From Octopus vulgaris (Eukaryota): a stretch of 64,000 nucleotides of DNA. The notes under the pieces were generated by a model. It saw only the letters and a program-made list of their open reading frames with translations. It made no database searches and was not told where the DNA came from. The DNA lies in NCBI GenBank assembly GCA_951406725.2, contig OX597840.1:38006001-38070000 (forward strand), read 5' to 3'. This document shows, in pieces, positions 34,452 to 48,768 of the stretch. Each line of letters begins with the position of its first letter. Position 1 is the stretch's first letter. Both the position numbers and the translations under genes were made by a program.

Positions 34452-34582
34452 GTTCAGCAAAAAAGAGACCGATAAAATAAGTCCTAGGCTTACAAAGAAA
34501 ATGTCCTGGTGTCGATTTGATCGACTAAAGGCGGTGCTCCAGTATGGCCACAGTCACATGACTGAAACAAATAAAATAGTAA
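34452..34582 (+). mobile_element. SINE family A, 3' fragment
   Basis: GAGACCGATAAAATAAGT, CGACTAAAGGCGGTGCTCCAG and GACTGAAACAA match family A. Confidence 0.85.
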
Positions 34583-35070
34583 GTGAATGTGAACGAGTGT
34601 GTCTGTGTCAGGTTATGAGAGTGTATATACACATAGGTGAATGAAAGGTTGTATACAAAAACTCAAATATACACGTGATCAATATATATTCAAATGTAGA
34701 TGATGAAGAAATGAAACGTTTTTATTGTAAGATTTCATCAACTAATTAGAATTTAGGATACACTGATGCACATATACACACACATATGCATATACGAGTT
34801 GTTTTTATATACATATATGCCTGTGTGAATGTGTGTGTCTTTCATAATAAATGAAAGCATATATAAGGATATGTATATATATATATATATATACAATTTA
34901 CAAGTACGTATTTGAATATAAATGTATTTGAATTTATATATATATACATATCCCTTATATATATATATCTTTAATGTTCTGTAAGTTCTATGCTCTGTGT
35001 AAATACATGTCCCTATATAAATAATATCTATAGGCTTGTAAATATCACTTCATCTACTGAATATACTCAG

Positions 35071-35119
<49 letters not shown>

Positions 35120-35258
35120 TGTATATATATATACATATATATGTATGTATATATTTCCATATATATAAAAGATTATCCAAATATATATATATATATATAA
35201 TGCCTCATCACGTTTTTAAGCATCGCTGTCTCTAAATACAACTATACATAGTTACCTA

Positions 35259-35302
<44 letters not shown>

Positions 35303-35471
35303 GAGAATTTATGAGATTGCAATAAGTATTAGAAAGTATATTACACAAAAACATATACAAAAGATATTCACACACACACACATGTAATTGAAATAGCATC
35401 TCCAAAATATTTTATATACATATATATATATATTTACACAGAGAGATTGTGCATGTATATATATATCTATT

Positions 35472-35517
<46 letters not shown>

Positions 35518-36754
35518 AACATACATATACATATATATATAAATATACCTGCATACATTTACACAAATAATATATATACGTATGTGTATGAATACTTTCC
35601 CTGTCTGTCTTCTCTCTCTTTGTCTCTCTCTCACACAGACACAAATATTTCACACACACACACACATACACATACACACACACACATACACACACACACA
35701 CACACACGCACACATATATATAACTATGGATATAGAGGCAATTTGAATAAGATTGTAATAACAATTGTGAGATTTCCAACAAGCATTTATTTCTTCACTT
35801 TTATGTAATTCTTTCTTAATTTATTTCTGCTGCAACCGTTTTTCGCCACATATAATTGATTCTCCTTCTAATCCTTAGTTATAAAGCTGATAACAGTATA
35901 TTTGCTGAATTCCATATAATTTTCTTTTTCTAATTACATTTTATTTAACTTTAGTCTTTTTTTTTTTTATACTTGACTTCTGCGTAACATCTTTATATGA
36001 TTTTCAATATTTATAACAATTCTCTGTAGAGATTAATATGTAATTTGATTTCTGCTGGTTAGACATGAAAATATTATCTTCCAATCACCAACGTGAAAAA
36101 TCTTCATCATCGCAAACATCACCATCGCCAGCCAGCACCGACACATTACCTCCTGCACCGCCATTCTCGTCATCATCATCACTACGACACACCGTTCTTC
36201 ATTATCTCGCAAGAAGTATCTAGAACTGAAACAATTTCAACCGCTATAGTAATAAATATAAGACATGGTACTGATAAAAATATAATTAATACTAATCACA
36301 ACAAATATATCATACAAAACAAACAAAAAAACCAACTGAGTCGAACAATAACACGCACGTTTGCGAGGCACATGGAGCTGTTGTCCACAGTTTCGTAAAC
36401 ACACACAGATACACAAAACACACTTCTTACACACACTGACACACACTCACAGACAGACGTACATGTATGTTCAGTAATTATATATGTGTATAAACACATT
36501 GCTATAGATAGAGACACACCTGTACATACACGTATAAATGTACATATACTTAAAATCCCGCACCTAAACACACACATACGCATATATATATATATATACA
36601 CGTAGCTACAGATATATATACACACACGCGCCTATAAATGTATGTATGTATATATACATAAAGCATAATACAAACTGATAGTTAAACTGATATAAGAATA
36701 ATTGAAATAATTATATATTTACTATGATGATGATAAGGAACAGAACAATAGCAA

Positions 36755-36813
36755 AACTACCACTACTACTACAACTACTACTACTTCTACTACTACTACT
36801 ACTACTACTACTT

Positions 36814-36861
<48 letters not shown>

Positions 36862-37030
36862 CTGACGATCGTTACAATAAATCATATAAATATTTAAAAT
36901 AACAGTAATAGCAAATGGTTCGATGAAAATACTATATTACAGAACTGTAAGAGAGGAAAAAAGTAATGATGATAATAATAATAATAATAATAACAATAAT
37001 AATAATAATAATAATAACAATAATAATAAC

Positions 37031-37109
<79 letters not shown>

Positions 37110-37155
37110 GTAGCAATAATATCAATAATATCAACAACAACAACAATAATAATGA
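36755..37155. repeat. (ACT)n, (GAT)n and (AAT)n switching to (TTA)n
   Basis: Direct inspection; orientation switch at ~37074. Confidence 0.92.
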
Positions 37156-37486
37156 TAGTAAATATATAATAAATAATTAAATATTGCCAAAAAAAACCAA
37201 GCAATAATAAAGATTAATAATTATAATGAAAGAAAATATCGAATTATACAGAAGAGGAAAACATATTGGTTTTCTTTTCTTTTCTTTCCAGGTTTTTTTA
37301 TTTGTTTATTTGTTTATTTGGTTTTTTTCTCTGAGTACAATTTTATTGTAATATGATTTATAAAGAATTAATACATTTACTGTGTGTACACTGCAATAAT
37401 TTACAGTAAGAGACAAAGACAATTGCTACAAAACATAATCAAGTAAAGAACTGCATTGTAACATCATGGATGTCTATGTCTATCTG

Positions 37487-37543
<57 letters not shown>

Positions 37544-37620
37544 TTATCAATCCATCTATCTATCGATCTATCTATCCATCCATCCATCCATCTATCTATC
37601 ATTCTATATATCTATATATC

Positions 37621-37651
<31 letters not shown>

Positions 37652-37677
37652 CGATCTATCTATCCATCCATCCATCC

Positions 37678-37715
<38 letters not shown>

Positions 37716-38622
37716 GGCCCATGGACAACTTCCAGAGATCCCTGGCCTGGCAGTGCTACCGAGAAGCGCTACCCGTTCGGGATAAGCTCTACAGACACGG
37801 CTCGAGAAACACGGGGCCGACCTGCCCGAGATGCGGTCAGAGCGACGAAACCGTTCTGCACGCACTCGTTCAGTGTCCAACAATTTCCGACCTGTGGGCT
37901 TATGTCGAACAACTGCTGTCACGTGTGGGACGAGTCGGTTTATCAGCTGAGTCTATCGTCAATATTGTCACGCCTCCTTCCTTCAAACGGGAAGGAAGAG
38001 CTATTTTCATCATCCTTGTGGCTATGGCAAAAGAATGTATCTGGTGGACGCGTCTGAAAGGATTGGAGACAAACACTTTCCTCTCTGGTCAATCTCTCAT
38101 CAACTTCTTCAAGTACCACTTGAAAAGGAAAGTGAGAGTAGAGAGGCAAGTTTTGTCTAGCGAATGTTTTAAAAAAGATGGGTGAATGTAGCAAGAATGG
38201 CACGTGTGAATGACGAAGCCACCTTGAGCATAGTCCTATGAACCCAGAAATCGAAAACAGAGAGTTGCTTATTTGCAAAAAAAAAAAAAGAAAAAAAAGA
38301 AATATAAAATGTGACTTCATTGACCGAGGTTACCGTGGTCTTTTCCGTAGGCTTTTCTTTCCACGGGTAAACCTCACCTGTCCTCCCCTTTACACTTCAT
38401 ATTGACATTTCTGTGATAACGATCCCTATTGATCAATTTTTTTCCTCCCCCTTTTTTTAACCCCCCCTTTTTTTGTCCTCTTTCTCTCCTTTTACGATCC
38501 CTTTTGATCGAAACTCCCCCTTCCTTTTTTTTTTTTTTTTTTTTTCTAACCCTTCAAAAGAAAAGCTCTACCTTGTAATTTGTTCTATCTGTGTGCAGCC
38601 CGGTGTGGCTAATAAAGAAACA
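37716..38622 (+). mobile_element. 5'-truncated Tx1/L1-clade LINE (ORF2 C-terminus and 3' UTR) inside (CTAT)n
   Basis: zf-RVT-like LAWQCYREALPV...CPRCGQSDETVLHALVQC...LW and AKECIWWTR. Adding one A at ~38171 restores FKKRW with a stop at 38241. Pyrimidine-rich UTR, AATAAA at 38611, (CTAT)n on both sides. Confidence 0.88.
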
Positions 38623-38653
38623 TATCTATCTATCTATCTATCTATCTATCATC

Positions 38654-38717
<64 letters not shown>

Positions 38718-38753
38718 ATATCTATCTGTCTATTTATCTATCTATGTATCATC

Positions 38754-38799
<46 letters not shown>

Positions 38800-39090
38800 G
38801 TCTATTTATCTATCTATGTATCAATCTATCTATCTATCGATCTATCCATCCATCCATCCATCCGTCCAATTATCCATCCATTCATCTATCTATCCATCCA
38901 TCCATCCATCTATTTATCTCTCTCTCTATATATATACATATAGATAGAGAGATTGATAGATACATACACACACATACATAGATGTATATGTGTATGTGTG
39001 TTTGTTAATATATACATTTACGTTAAATAAAATGTGACAACAAAGCCATGGCAGTGTGAAATTTCCACAATGTTTATAAAGAGACAGGTA

Positions 39091-39138
39091 GTCTTACAGC
39101 TGTTTCAGGGTTAAAAGAGATATCCCATGACCAGAGAC
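39091..39138 (-). ncRNA. Degenerate hammerhead ribozyme (inverted partner of 39288)
   Basis: GTCT-CTGgTcA-tggg...ccct-GAAA-CAGCTG-TA-AGAC: stem I and palindromic stem III present, two core substitutions. Confidence 0.55.
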
Positions 39139-39287
39139 GATATGAAAGAGGTAAATAGAAAGAAATAGTACAGTTCAATATAAGAAGTTATTTTGGAAAT
39201 GGAGAGATAGAGGAAGTATAAAGGGGAATATGAGTATAAAAATACATGTTGGATGTTACAGTTTCATTCCATTTAAATATTCCATAT

Positions 39288-39336
39288 CGTGTGTGAGGAT
39301 GGGATATAATTTATATCCCCGAAACAGCTGTAACGC
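39288..39336 (+). ncRNA. Degenerate hammerhead ribozyme
   Basis: gTGAGGA-t-GGGATATA att TATATCCC-c-GAAA-CAGCTG-TA: strong stem II, palindromic stem III, C3 replaced by G. Confidence 0.6.
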
Positions 39337-41389
39337 TACCTTTCTCTTTATAAATGTCCTGAACATTACACACTGCCTTGGGTTTGTTTTCTCATTTTAT
39401 TTAACATATAGAAGCACAGAGAGGACTTATATTAGACTCCTTACTCATAGTATTATCGAACCAGGAGTCGAACAGCGTTCCTTCCGTAACACTTACGTAG
39501 CGTTACTGCCTCTTGGGTTTTCTGAATACCAAAACCTCTCTCATATATATAAAGGGAAAATAAGAGTTTCAATTACACGCTGTGGTGTGGAGATTAAATC
39601 TCGAGACAATCTATGAAATTCAGTAAAAACAACAAAAAAGCCGCATTCTCTGCAATATAAAGTGAGGCCGATTTTCTAATTTGAGAGTATTAGGCGCATC
39701 CCCTTCAACATGTAGCATACGCGCTGGTACTTAGATACATTGTTTAAATTCTGGGTTCACGAAAGAAATGTGATTAGCAAACAAAAAGAAATATCTACAA
39801 AATCACAACTGGACCAGACCTCATTATAAACAGGCTGAATCAGGTTTCATCTGTTATTAAGTAACACCATAAACAAACTTTGAAAATTAAATTCTTTCTG
39901 GACGATATACAACAAAAGAAGTGCAACAACTTGAGACGCATATTTCAAATAAACTTTTTTCGGAAACGAATCAAAACGCAACAAAAATAAGTTAATTAAA
40001 AGTTTGAGTGATAATCATAGGTTTCACTTTACAGAAATGGTTGTCAAATGTTCCAACGATACCATTTATAAATTACTTCAGGAACACATTTCCTTAATAT
40101 TTTTAAAAAGGTGTATTGATATTCAAAATGGATACCTACTTTCTTGAACGAGCCTATATCTCTGATGATAATTCATTTCTACTTCGCAGTCTTTACATAA
40201 TTGGTTGTGTATCACACAATTTATAGTAATTAAGAAATGGATATTTGACACAATCTTAACTAACCTCGCTATTTCACATCCAACAGCGATGGCGGCTTAA
40301 CTTCTTAGCTTTTCTTCTGGCTTCTGCATAATAACCGGTCATTTGTTACTGTCATACCGATTATTAGTACACCTTTGCAATTTTTCTACAGAACATTATG
40401 CTAAGCTGATGACGTTGTGTTCTTTCAAATAATCGTAAAATCTCTCGTGGATTTAGTTCACTTTTAATATTGAGAAACTTTTCACAAATGCCATTAAACA
40501 TTGCCTCACGCTGGCACAGATGATTTGATCGAAATTATGTAAACTTAAATTATAATATTTTTATCTACCTTTTTAGGTAATAAACTAAAATACACCGAGG
40601 TTTCGCCTGAAGACTTTGGTTTGCCACAAGAATAAACCATGCTGCCAATGGACAGAAATTATCAATCTTACAGTTTCTTTGCGATCGACAGTATTTAGTC
40701 GCAACACGAAATTCTACAACGGTTCCTCAAAAATTAGTGAGGACCAACAATGTCTTTTATTTGTAATGATAAAACTTTTTAAAAACGTTTGTTACTCTAT
40801 AGATGTTTCGATATGTTTAACCACCAATGCAATATCTCGGCGAATACTCGTCGATTGAGGGAAGTAAAATATTATCAAGTATCCCTGAACATCTGGAGTT
40901 GTGAACGAAATATTCTTTGAAATAATGCAATGGAGTAGAAGACGTGAAGGCCAGACATACTAAATGATAAATTCTAATTTCCATGGGCAGAAACACCCCC
41001 ACAGACGCGTAGGATTCCTCTACAAATTTTCGGTGAAGTAGCTTTCACTGATAAAGCAAATACAGTAGATATGGAAAATCTAGCAATGCAAGGGAAAATT
41101 TCTTCTCCAGTCGTCGAGGAGTTCCACCCGAGATATCATAAATATATTTCGTAACACATTATTTCTACTATCTAAATTCCTTGTGTCAATTAACCTTTGC
41201 TTCGACAGACCATTCATACCTTCTGTTTTCTTTTTTCTTTTTACAGATTCTACACTTTATTATTCACAGTAGAATGCACATCCCTCACGGGAACGAACCC
41301 GAAAATCTATTTAACAAGATTGTTAAATACACAGCCATTAACGGCCGCCTACTATAAATGTATGAACGAAGCAGTTAAGCACCTATAAG

Positions 41390-41490
<101 letters not shown>

Positions 41491-42733
41491 ATATGTGTGT
41501 GTATCTATCTGTCTATTTGTTTACACACACATATATGTATGTATATATGTAAGTGTGTATGTATATTTGTCTATACTGTAAATAACTTTGTTCAGCAAGC
41601 TCTCCCATTCGTTTCATTCGACCGCCCTAAGATGTCTACAGCAGACAATAACTGAAAGAGCCGCATTGTTGTTGCTTTTCTTTCTCCATTTTCGTTTTCT
41701 GCTACTGTCTTCGTCTATTAGGAAAAGTGTATGATCCACAAGTAACGGACTCACATTATGTATTCGGACAAATTTACAGAAGACAAATCATAGATATAAT
41801 ATGAAAGAAAAAATATATATTTGTAGTCAGAAGTCGTTTCTATTCACCCGTAGCTTCATTCAATTTCCTATTATTTTCATATCTATAAAATATTGCTAAA
41901 AGAAAACACACGAACAAAAAAAAAACCTATACAAAACATCTTCAGATTTTTAACAGAACAATTATGTGTGAAATATACTTATTCAACTGTCTTAATCTCA
42001 CCAAGCAATATAACAGGAGAAAACTGACGCAAGCAGAAACCTGAAAGCTATTGTTTATCAAGCTTTTAGCTATTAAAATATATCGATGTCGAACTGTATA
42101 GGAACAGAGTTTAATATCCTGTAATCTATGTTTTCAATAAACAATTCTGTCAATACAAGAACAACCCCGGAACCAGATTTACAAATAAAGGATGTATGTA
42201 CGCTACTCAATAGAGTTCTTTTTGTAATTTCCGGTTGTCATCGAATCAGTCGGAATCAAAGCCCTCGGGTCGGTGGTATTTTGAAAATTTTGACAGAACT
42301 CGTAGAAGCTATATCGGTTATACGCAGGCATTTTGTTTTGATCAATGTCGTTTGGTTTTAGTTGGCTGTGATACGCTAGCTTTTGTTTCTTTATTTTCGT
42401 TGCATTCATCTCATCTGGGTTCAGTTTGACACTAATTCTATCGTTTGTCGTTTCACATGATTCTAATTAACTCCACAAGTCTGTAATATGATTCCATAGC
42501 GGCGATGCCATGCGTTTTCAGGCTGAAAACATAATTAAGTGTCTTCGGATATAGAGAGTGTTGCCTTCTACAATATTCCTCTTCTTCTGGTGATATATGA
42601 ACAAGATCAAATCAGTGTCAGATGGGATTGTTAATCTTAAAAGAGATGCTGTTGTTGTTAGGTTATTATTGTTGTTGTTGTTGTGGTGGTGGTGGTGGTG
42701 GTTGGCGGTGGTGGTGGGTGTTGTTATAATCGA

Positions 42734-43432
42734 AGGCAGCGAGCAGGCCAAATTGTTAAAGCGCCAGACAAACCGCTTAGCATTACTTCGTTTGTCCATG
42801 CGTTGGGAGTTAAAGTTCCGTCGAAGTCGACGTTGCCTTTCATCATTTCGAGATCGATAAAAATGTACCAGTTAAGCATTGAAGCCGATGTAATCGCCTT
42901 AGCCCCATGCCCGAAGTAACTAGCCTTGTGCCAAAATTTGAAACCGTTGTGATTATTACCCTTGGCGGTGTCGTAATTGATGGCGGTGAGCTGGCAGAAT
43001 CGTTAGCGCGCCAAGCAATAATGCTTAGCGGCATTTCGTCTCTCTTTACGTTTTGAGTTCAAATTTCGCCGAAGTCAACTTTATATTTCATCCGCTGAGG
43101 ATCGATAAAATAGATACCAGTTGCACACTGGAGTCGATGAAATTGCCTAACCCGGCTTCCCAAATCTTCAAGCTGTGTGACTATACTAGAAAATATTATT
43201 ATTATTGTTGCTGTTGTTATAACTGAAGTTTGTAAGCTGGAAAACTGTAGGCATACCGGACAAAATTGTTAGGAGCATTTCGTCCGTCTTTGCGTTCTAA
43301 GTTCAAATTCTGCCGAAATAGACTTTACCCTTCATCCTTTCTGGGTCGATAAAATAAGTAGCAGTTGAGCACTATAGTCAATGTAATCGAATTGCCCTCT
43401 CCCCCGATATTGCCGGCATTGTCCCAATATTA
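42734..43432 (+). mobile_element. Three tandem diverged SINE family B copies (~42734, ~42982, ~43225)
   Basis: Each has a GTTCAAATT-like B box and the TTCATCC...GTCGATAAAATAAGTACCAG-like core. Confidence 0.8.
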
Positions 43433-43733
43433 GGAACTGACAACTAAATCTGTGGTATTGAGCAAAATATTTGCTGTAGGCCATCTTTTATCCCAAGACA
43501 AAACACTGTACACGATAACCCTTCCATTCAGTTAAGAACAGAAGCCTTGAGAATCGCTGCCTGGTCGCGCATCCGGGCCTAAAACAGCTTGATTTGTTTT
43601 AAATAACTATGCATCTAACCCCAACTAGATGTGTTGAGTACCTTTTTTCTTATCTTTTCCAGCCCCTTGCATATCTATCTATCTCTATATCTATCTCTCT
43701 ATCTCTCTATCTCTCTATCTCTCTATCTATCTA

Positions 43734-43770
<37 letters not shown>

Positions 43771-43873
43771 CTCTATCTCTCTGTCTCTATCTATCTATCT
43801 ATCTCTCTCTATCTATCTATCTCTCTATCTCTCTATCTCTCTATCTATCTATCAATCTATATCTATCTCTCTC

Positions 43874-43948
<75 letters not shown>

Positions 43949-44088
43949 CTCTCTATATATATCTCTATCTCTCTCTATATATATATCTCTATCTCTCTCT
44001 ATATATATCTCTATCTCTCTCTCTATATATATATCTCTCTCTATATCTCTCTCTCTCTCTATATATATATATATCTATATACATCTGC

Positions 44089-44125
<37 letters not shown>

Positions 44126-44356
44126 CATCTAAACAATAAATAATATTAGAATTATAGAAAATTTTATTACCAGAGGCCTAGCACAAAAAAATTAGTCAAT
44201 AGACTATATATTTTTTACATAAAAATATCGTGTACATTAAAACACATTAAGAGGAATGCATTGTGCCAGAAAGAGCAGTAGAAAACTCAAACCACTAATT
44301 AGGGATAAATTCTCGAAAGGATTGAAAATTAAAAACGTTTACCATCCAATTTAGTT

Positions 44357-44423
44357 CCTAGACCATGTTTTGTAACTCATTCCAGTAAAAGAATATTTAC
44401 TGAGGCTAGACTTCGTCAGTAGG
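44357..44423 (-). ncRNA. Degenerate hammerhead-like motif with extended stem II
   Basis: CCTA-CTGACGA-...CAGTAAA tattct TTTACTG...-aAAA-CATG-GTC-TAGG; the G of GAAA is missing. Confidence 0.4.
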
Positions 44424-44445
44424 TAGCCTTTACATTTCAAATATA

Positions 44446-44598
44446 CAAACAACTATATTCGCATGTAAACTAGTTACCTGTATATCCTAACCTGTATATC
44501 AAAACCACAGTGCCGATGCAGGTTATTTCCGGCGACAGAGAGAATTTGAAAAGTTAGGGTATACAGACAGCTAGTTTACATGCGAATCTAGTTGTGTG
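44446..44598. mobile_element. MITE with ~45-bp imperfect TIRs and TA flanks (Tc1/mariner-type)
   Basis: ta|CAAACAACTATATTCGCATGTAAACTAG...CTAGTTTACATGCGAATCTAGTTGTGTG|ta. Confidence 0.8.
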
Positions 44599-44739
44599 TA
44601 GAATAAACTTGCCCAAGATGGTTAGCAAAGGGTCTGAACGTGGAATTTCCTGGTTGCAAAGCGACCTTCTTAAACATAGAGCCTAACCAAAACCAGTAAT
44701 AGTGCTTCGGTTGCAGCGAAGCCATGGTATGGAAAGCAC

Positions 44740-45143
44740 TTACTCTTTACTCTTTTACTCTTTTACTTGTTTCAGTCATTTGACTGTGGCCAAGCTGAAG
44801 CACCATCTTTAGTCGAGGAAATCGACCCCAGTACTTATACTCAGTAAGCCTAGTACTTATTCTATCGGTCCCTTTTTGCCGAATCGCTAATGTTACGGGG
44901 ACATAAACACACCAGCATCGGTTGTCAAGCGATGTTGGTGGGACAAACACAGACTTATACACATACACATACATATACATACGACGGGCTTCTTTCAGTT
45001 TCCGTCTACCAAATCCACTCACAGGCCTTTGATCGGCCCAAGACTATAGTAGAATAAACTTGCCCGAGTTACCACGCAGTGGGACTGAAACCGGGTCTAT
45101 GTGGTTCGAAAGCAAGCTACTTACCACATAGCCACTCCTACGC
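44740..45143 (-). mobile_element. SINE family A, full length
   Basis: Colinear with 215-597; TACTCTTT(T) tail repeats at the left end. Confidence 0.92.
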
Positions 45144-47162
45144 ACTTGCCCGAATGCCACCAGAAAATACACACCACATATCACTTAGCTGGGAATTGAA
45201 CTTTCGTAACCAGCAATAGTACCTGAGTTCATATGTCGTTCATGTCATTATAATGCCACATTCAATAACATATACAAATAAAAGCCAAAAGCCAAAAGCG
45301 AAAGCGAAAGCGAAACTAAAACAGACAGATTGATGAAAGATGTGTATTAGACATAATGTAATCGAAACGGAAACATGAAGCTGCCTTGTTTTCTTTTATC
45401 TTCTTTTGTTGTAAATTTATTATTTGTCCAACTGAAAACAACATTTAATAAAATACAGCGGAAAAAAAATACAAATTAAATATATCGTAAGATTGAAACA
45501 TAAAGAAACACTAAAATAAAATGAATAATAAAAAATGGAAAATAAATTTTTAAAAAAAATAACTATTTTAAAATTTTAAAGATTTCTTTGATAATATTTA
45601 AAACAATTTTGATTGTAATTACTGTCTGATTTAATGATAATTATTTAGGATTAAATAACAAATATTATTTTGTATAAGTTCTGATGAGTTGGCTTACGGA
45701 TTTAATTTACTCTGCTGGAAATTTCAATGAAAATAGAATTCCAAATGATACAATGTGTAAATATAATATTACATGATGCGGTGGTGTTGGTGGGGGGCAG
45801 TAGGACGACTGTGTAGGCGTTCGATCTGCTACGAATAATCGTCTGTTCGTTAGACTCTGTTAATTAAAATTTCAAAACCGGTAAACAGAACGACGCAAAA
45901 AATTATGTACACATAGACACAGTATTTCTGGAACCAGAAGTGTGGGCCACAGGTGGAAAGCCAACATTGGTTGGGTTAGTCAGTGAAACTTGACCGGATT
46001 CTAAACAACAGAGATGATTCAGCAAATGGCTCTACTATTTTTGAGGCTTCGTTAATGAAACATTTGTTTTAATGACATTCTTGTAGGTGAAAGCGGAAAC
46101 CTTCTACCTGGAAGCTCTTCAAATTCTGTCAGATCGCTTTTTAAGATGTCCAGATGTTATGTTTAGACAAAAATGTATTCTGAATCCTGGCAAAAAAAGG
46201 AAAGGAGTAATGTTAATCAAATACAGGAAGTGAACTGGAGTAAGTGAAATTGTGTGGCTTAGCTATTTGGGTGTTGCACTCACGACAACCAGACCACGGT
46301 TTTGATACCCCGACCGCCTGGTTCCTTCTGCTATTCACCAAAACGCTTGATTTGTCTTTGCTTTAGGCTCCTGAACTGTGAATGTGTAGAAATGGTATTC
46401 AATTCAGCAAAAATCTTGTGATGTTGTTCAACTATGAAAACCTGACACCCGACCTAATAAGTTCAATATCTTTACATCTTGAAGGGATGATGTGTACCCG
46501 CAAGAAGAGATGCAGTTCCCTCCCAGGTTCAACGCAGTTTCGACACTGAAATCGCAGAAAATAGTTCAGAAGGAGCCGAGTTCGTGTTGGAAATATTTCT
46601 TGCACAATACGTCACACAACGGATTTCAACGAAGAAGAGTCCAAACCACGTTGGTTGTAATGGAGCTACTTAATATACGCAAATAGTTACAATCACTCCG
46701 CAAATTTAGTACCAAAATTCCTAAGAACCCTATGATGTATAAGCCCATTTCCTCAAGCAGACACCCATGCAAACGATGCTTACATTTGATTTCCAAAACA
46801 AACGCTGATGAGAGTGTACAGATTTTTGAACAGCAGAAGCAATCGTAGATGGATATTTTATTTCTTTTATCTCGTATCAGTAACTGATTTCGGTGATTGG
46901 ACTGTCGCAATTAAAAAATTTGTTAATTATTGTGTCGTTCTCTAATGTCGACTCGTTAACTGATGGGGGCATAAAAAAACACATATTAGTAGTCAACTGG
47001 TCGGAAACACGAACAAAAATTGCTTCACCAAATATCGAAGTTAATAGAAGTTAAATACTATTCAACTCCCATAAAATATCTCCCAGACAGTAATACTCTT
47101 GGTAAAATTATTTTACTCTTTATTATTATTGATTATATATATGTGTATACATACATACATAC

Positions 47163-47235
<73 letters not shown>

Positions 47236-47257
47236 AATATAAATATATATATACATA

Positions 47258-47318
<61 letters not shown>

Positions 47319-47344
47319 GTATGCATGTATGTATATATATATAT

Positions 47345-47480
47345 ACGACGGTTTCCGCACAGTTTCAGACTACCAAGTTCACACAAGATGCATTGGTCTA
47401 CCTTCGGCCTTGCTTACAGAAGACACTTACACAAAGTGCAGTGTAGTGTGACTGAACCCGTAACATCATGGTTGCAAATC
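47345..47480 (-). mobile_element. SINE family A 5' half abutting a long (TA)n tract
   Basis: ACGACGGTTTCC, AGAAGACACTT, GACTGAACCCG and ATGGTTG match family A. Confidence 0.7.
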
Positions 47481-47996
47481 TAGGCGCTCAGAGATGTAGA
47501 TCGATGCTACTATCTACCATAGTTTACCACTGCTAAAATTGAAACGAGAAAGAATTTAGATTTCATAATCGTAGGTCAATGAACTCTGTTATTCATTAAA
47601 CCAAGAGAATGCTATATAAATTGAGTTAATCTGTAGATGAGAATATAAAAACGTTGCTTTCCTGAAATGATTAATTAGGCTCAGAATTTAATGAAATTAA
47701 AAAAACAATTATTCAGTAATACTTCCGAGATGAAAGAAAAGACACAACAGATTTATTAGTGTTTAAAAATATATATACACACGTAAACACATACACCTGT
47801 GCACACACATACACACAAACAAACACTTAGAAACATATCCGTCTATTTGAATGTAAACTTGTCAATTGTATGAATATTCCGACACGTTTGTAACAATTTT
47901 CCTTCCTAAAAATGTCTTAAGTATTGTCGAAATCATTCAAATTTACAGCGTCTACTTAGACGTGTGTGCGCGTTTCTGAGGCGTTAGGAGCAGCTC

Positions 47997-48047
<51 letters not shown>

Positions 48048-48208
48048 CGTATTTTTGCCATTTCAATATGGCTAACCCCTAAGGGTGGATGCTACTGTAG
48101 TTTTTAGCCCCAGGAGGACACACTCCTCCAGCTGGCCATAGACACACTATCTGTGTCCTGTCAGTATTTGCAAAGGGAAGTCATCCTTCCCGTCTTCAAC
48201 TTATGATA

Positions 48209-48253
48209 CACACGGACTCGAGTTTCGAGGTATTGACCTCTCGTCAGCGTGTG
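48209..48253 (-). ncRNA. Type I hammerhead ribozyme, intact
   Basis: Exact reverse complement of 48513-48557. Confidence 0.93.
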
Positions 48254-48512
48254 ACAGGACACAGATAGTGTGTCTATGGCCAGCTGGAGGAGTGTGTCCT
48301 CCTGGGGCTAAAAACTACAGTAGCATCCACCCTTAGGGGTTAGCCATATTGAAATGGCAAAAATACGTCACGATGTGTTACCGCTACTGTATATAACTCA
48401 CTTTGATATTTATCATTGTTTGATTTCACTTTTTCAATATCAGCGACAGTGGACGCTGGAAAAAGTATAAGTATTTGTGAAGGAAATCTAATTCTCGGCG
48501 ACAACTGATTGT

Positions 48513-48557
48513 CACACGCTGACGAGAGGTCAATACCTCGAAACTCGAGTCCGTGTG
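48513..48557 (+). ncRNA. Type I hammerhead ribozyme, intact; predicted cleavage after C48551
   Basis: CACACG-CTGACGA-GAGGT caat ACCTC-GAAA-CTCGAG-TC-CGTGTG: full CUGANGA/GAAA/GUC core, 6-bp stem I, 5-bp stem II, palindromic stem III (ACUCGAGU). Confidence 0.95.
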
Positions 48558-48768
48558 TATCATAAGTTGAAGACGGGAAGGATGACTTCCTTTGCAAATA
48601 CTGACAGGACACAGATAGTGTGTCTATGGCCAGCTGGAGGAGTGTGTCCTCCTGGGGCTAAAAACTACAGTAGCATCCACCCTTAGGGGTTAGCCATATT
48701 GAAATGGCAAAAATACGTCACGATGTGTTACCGCTACTGTATATAACTCACTTTGATATTTATCATTG

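Noticed and set aside
46492-46910. Overlapping short ORFs, possible host exon
   Set aside because: No recognisable motif or consistent exon boundaries on either strand.
48340-48612. 90-aa minus-strand ORF in the hammerhead element
   Set aside because: Non-ATG start, no RT or GIY-YIG motif, and it spans the repeat structure; probably incidental.
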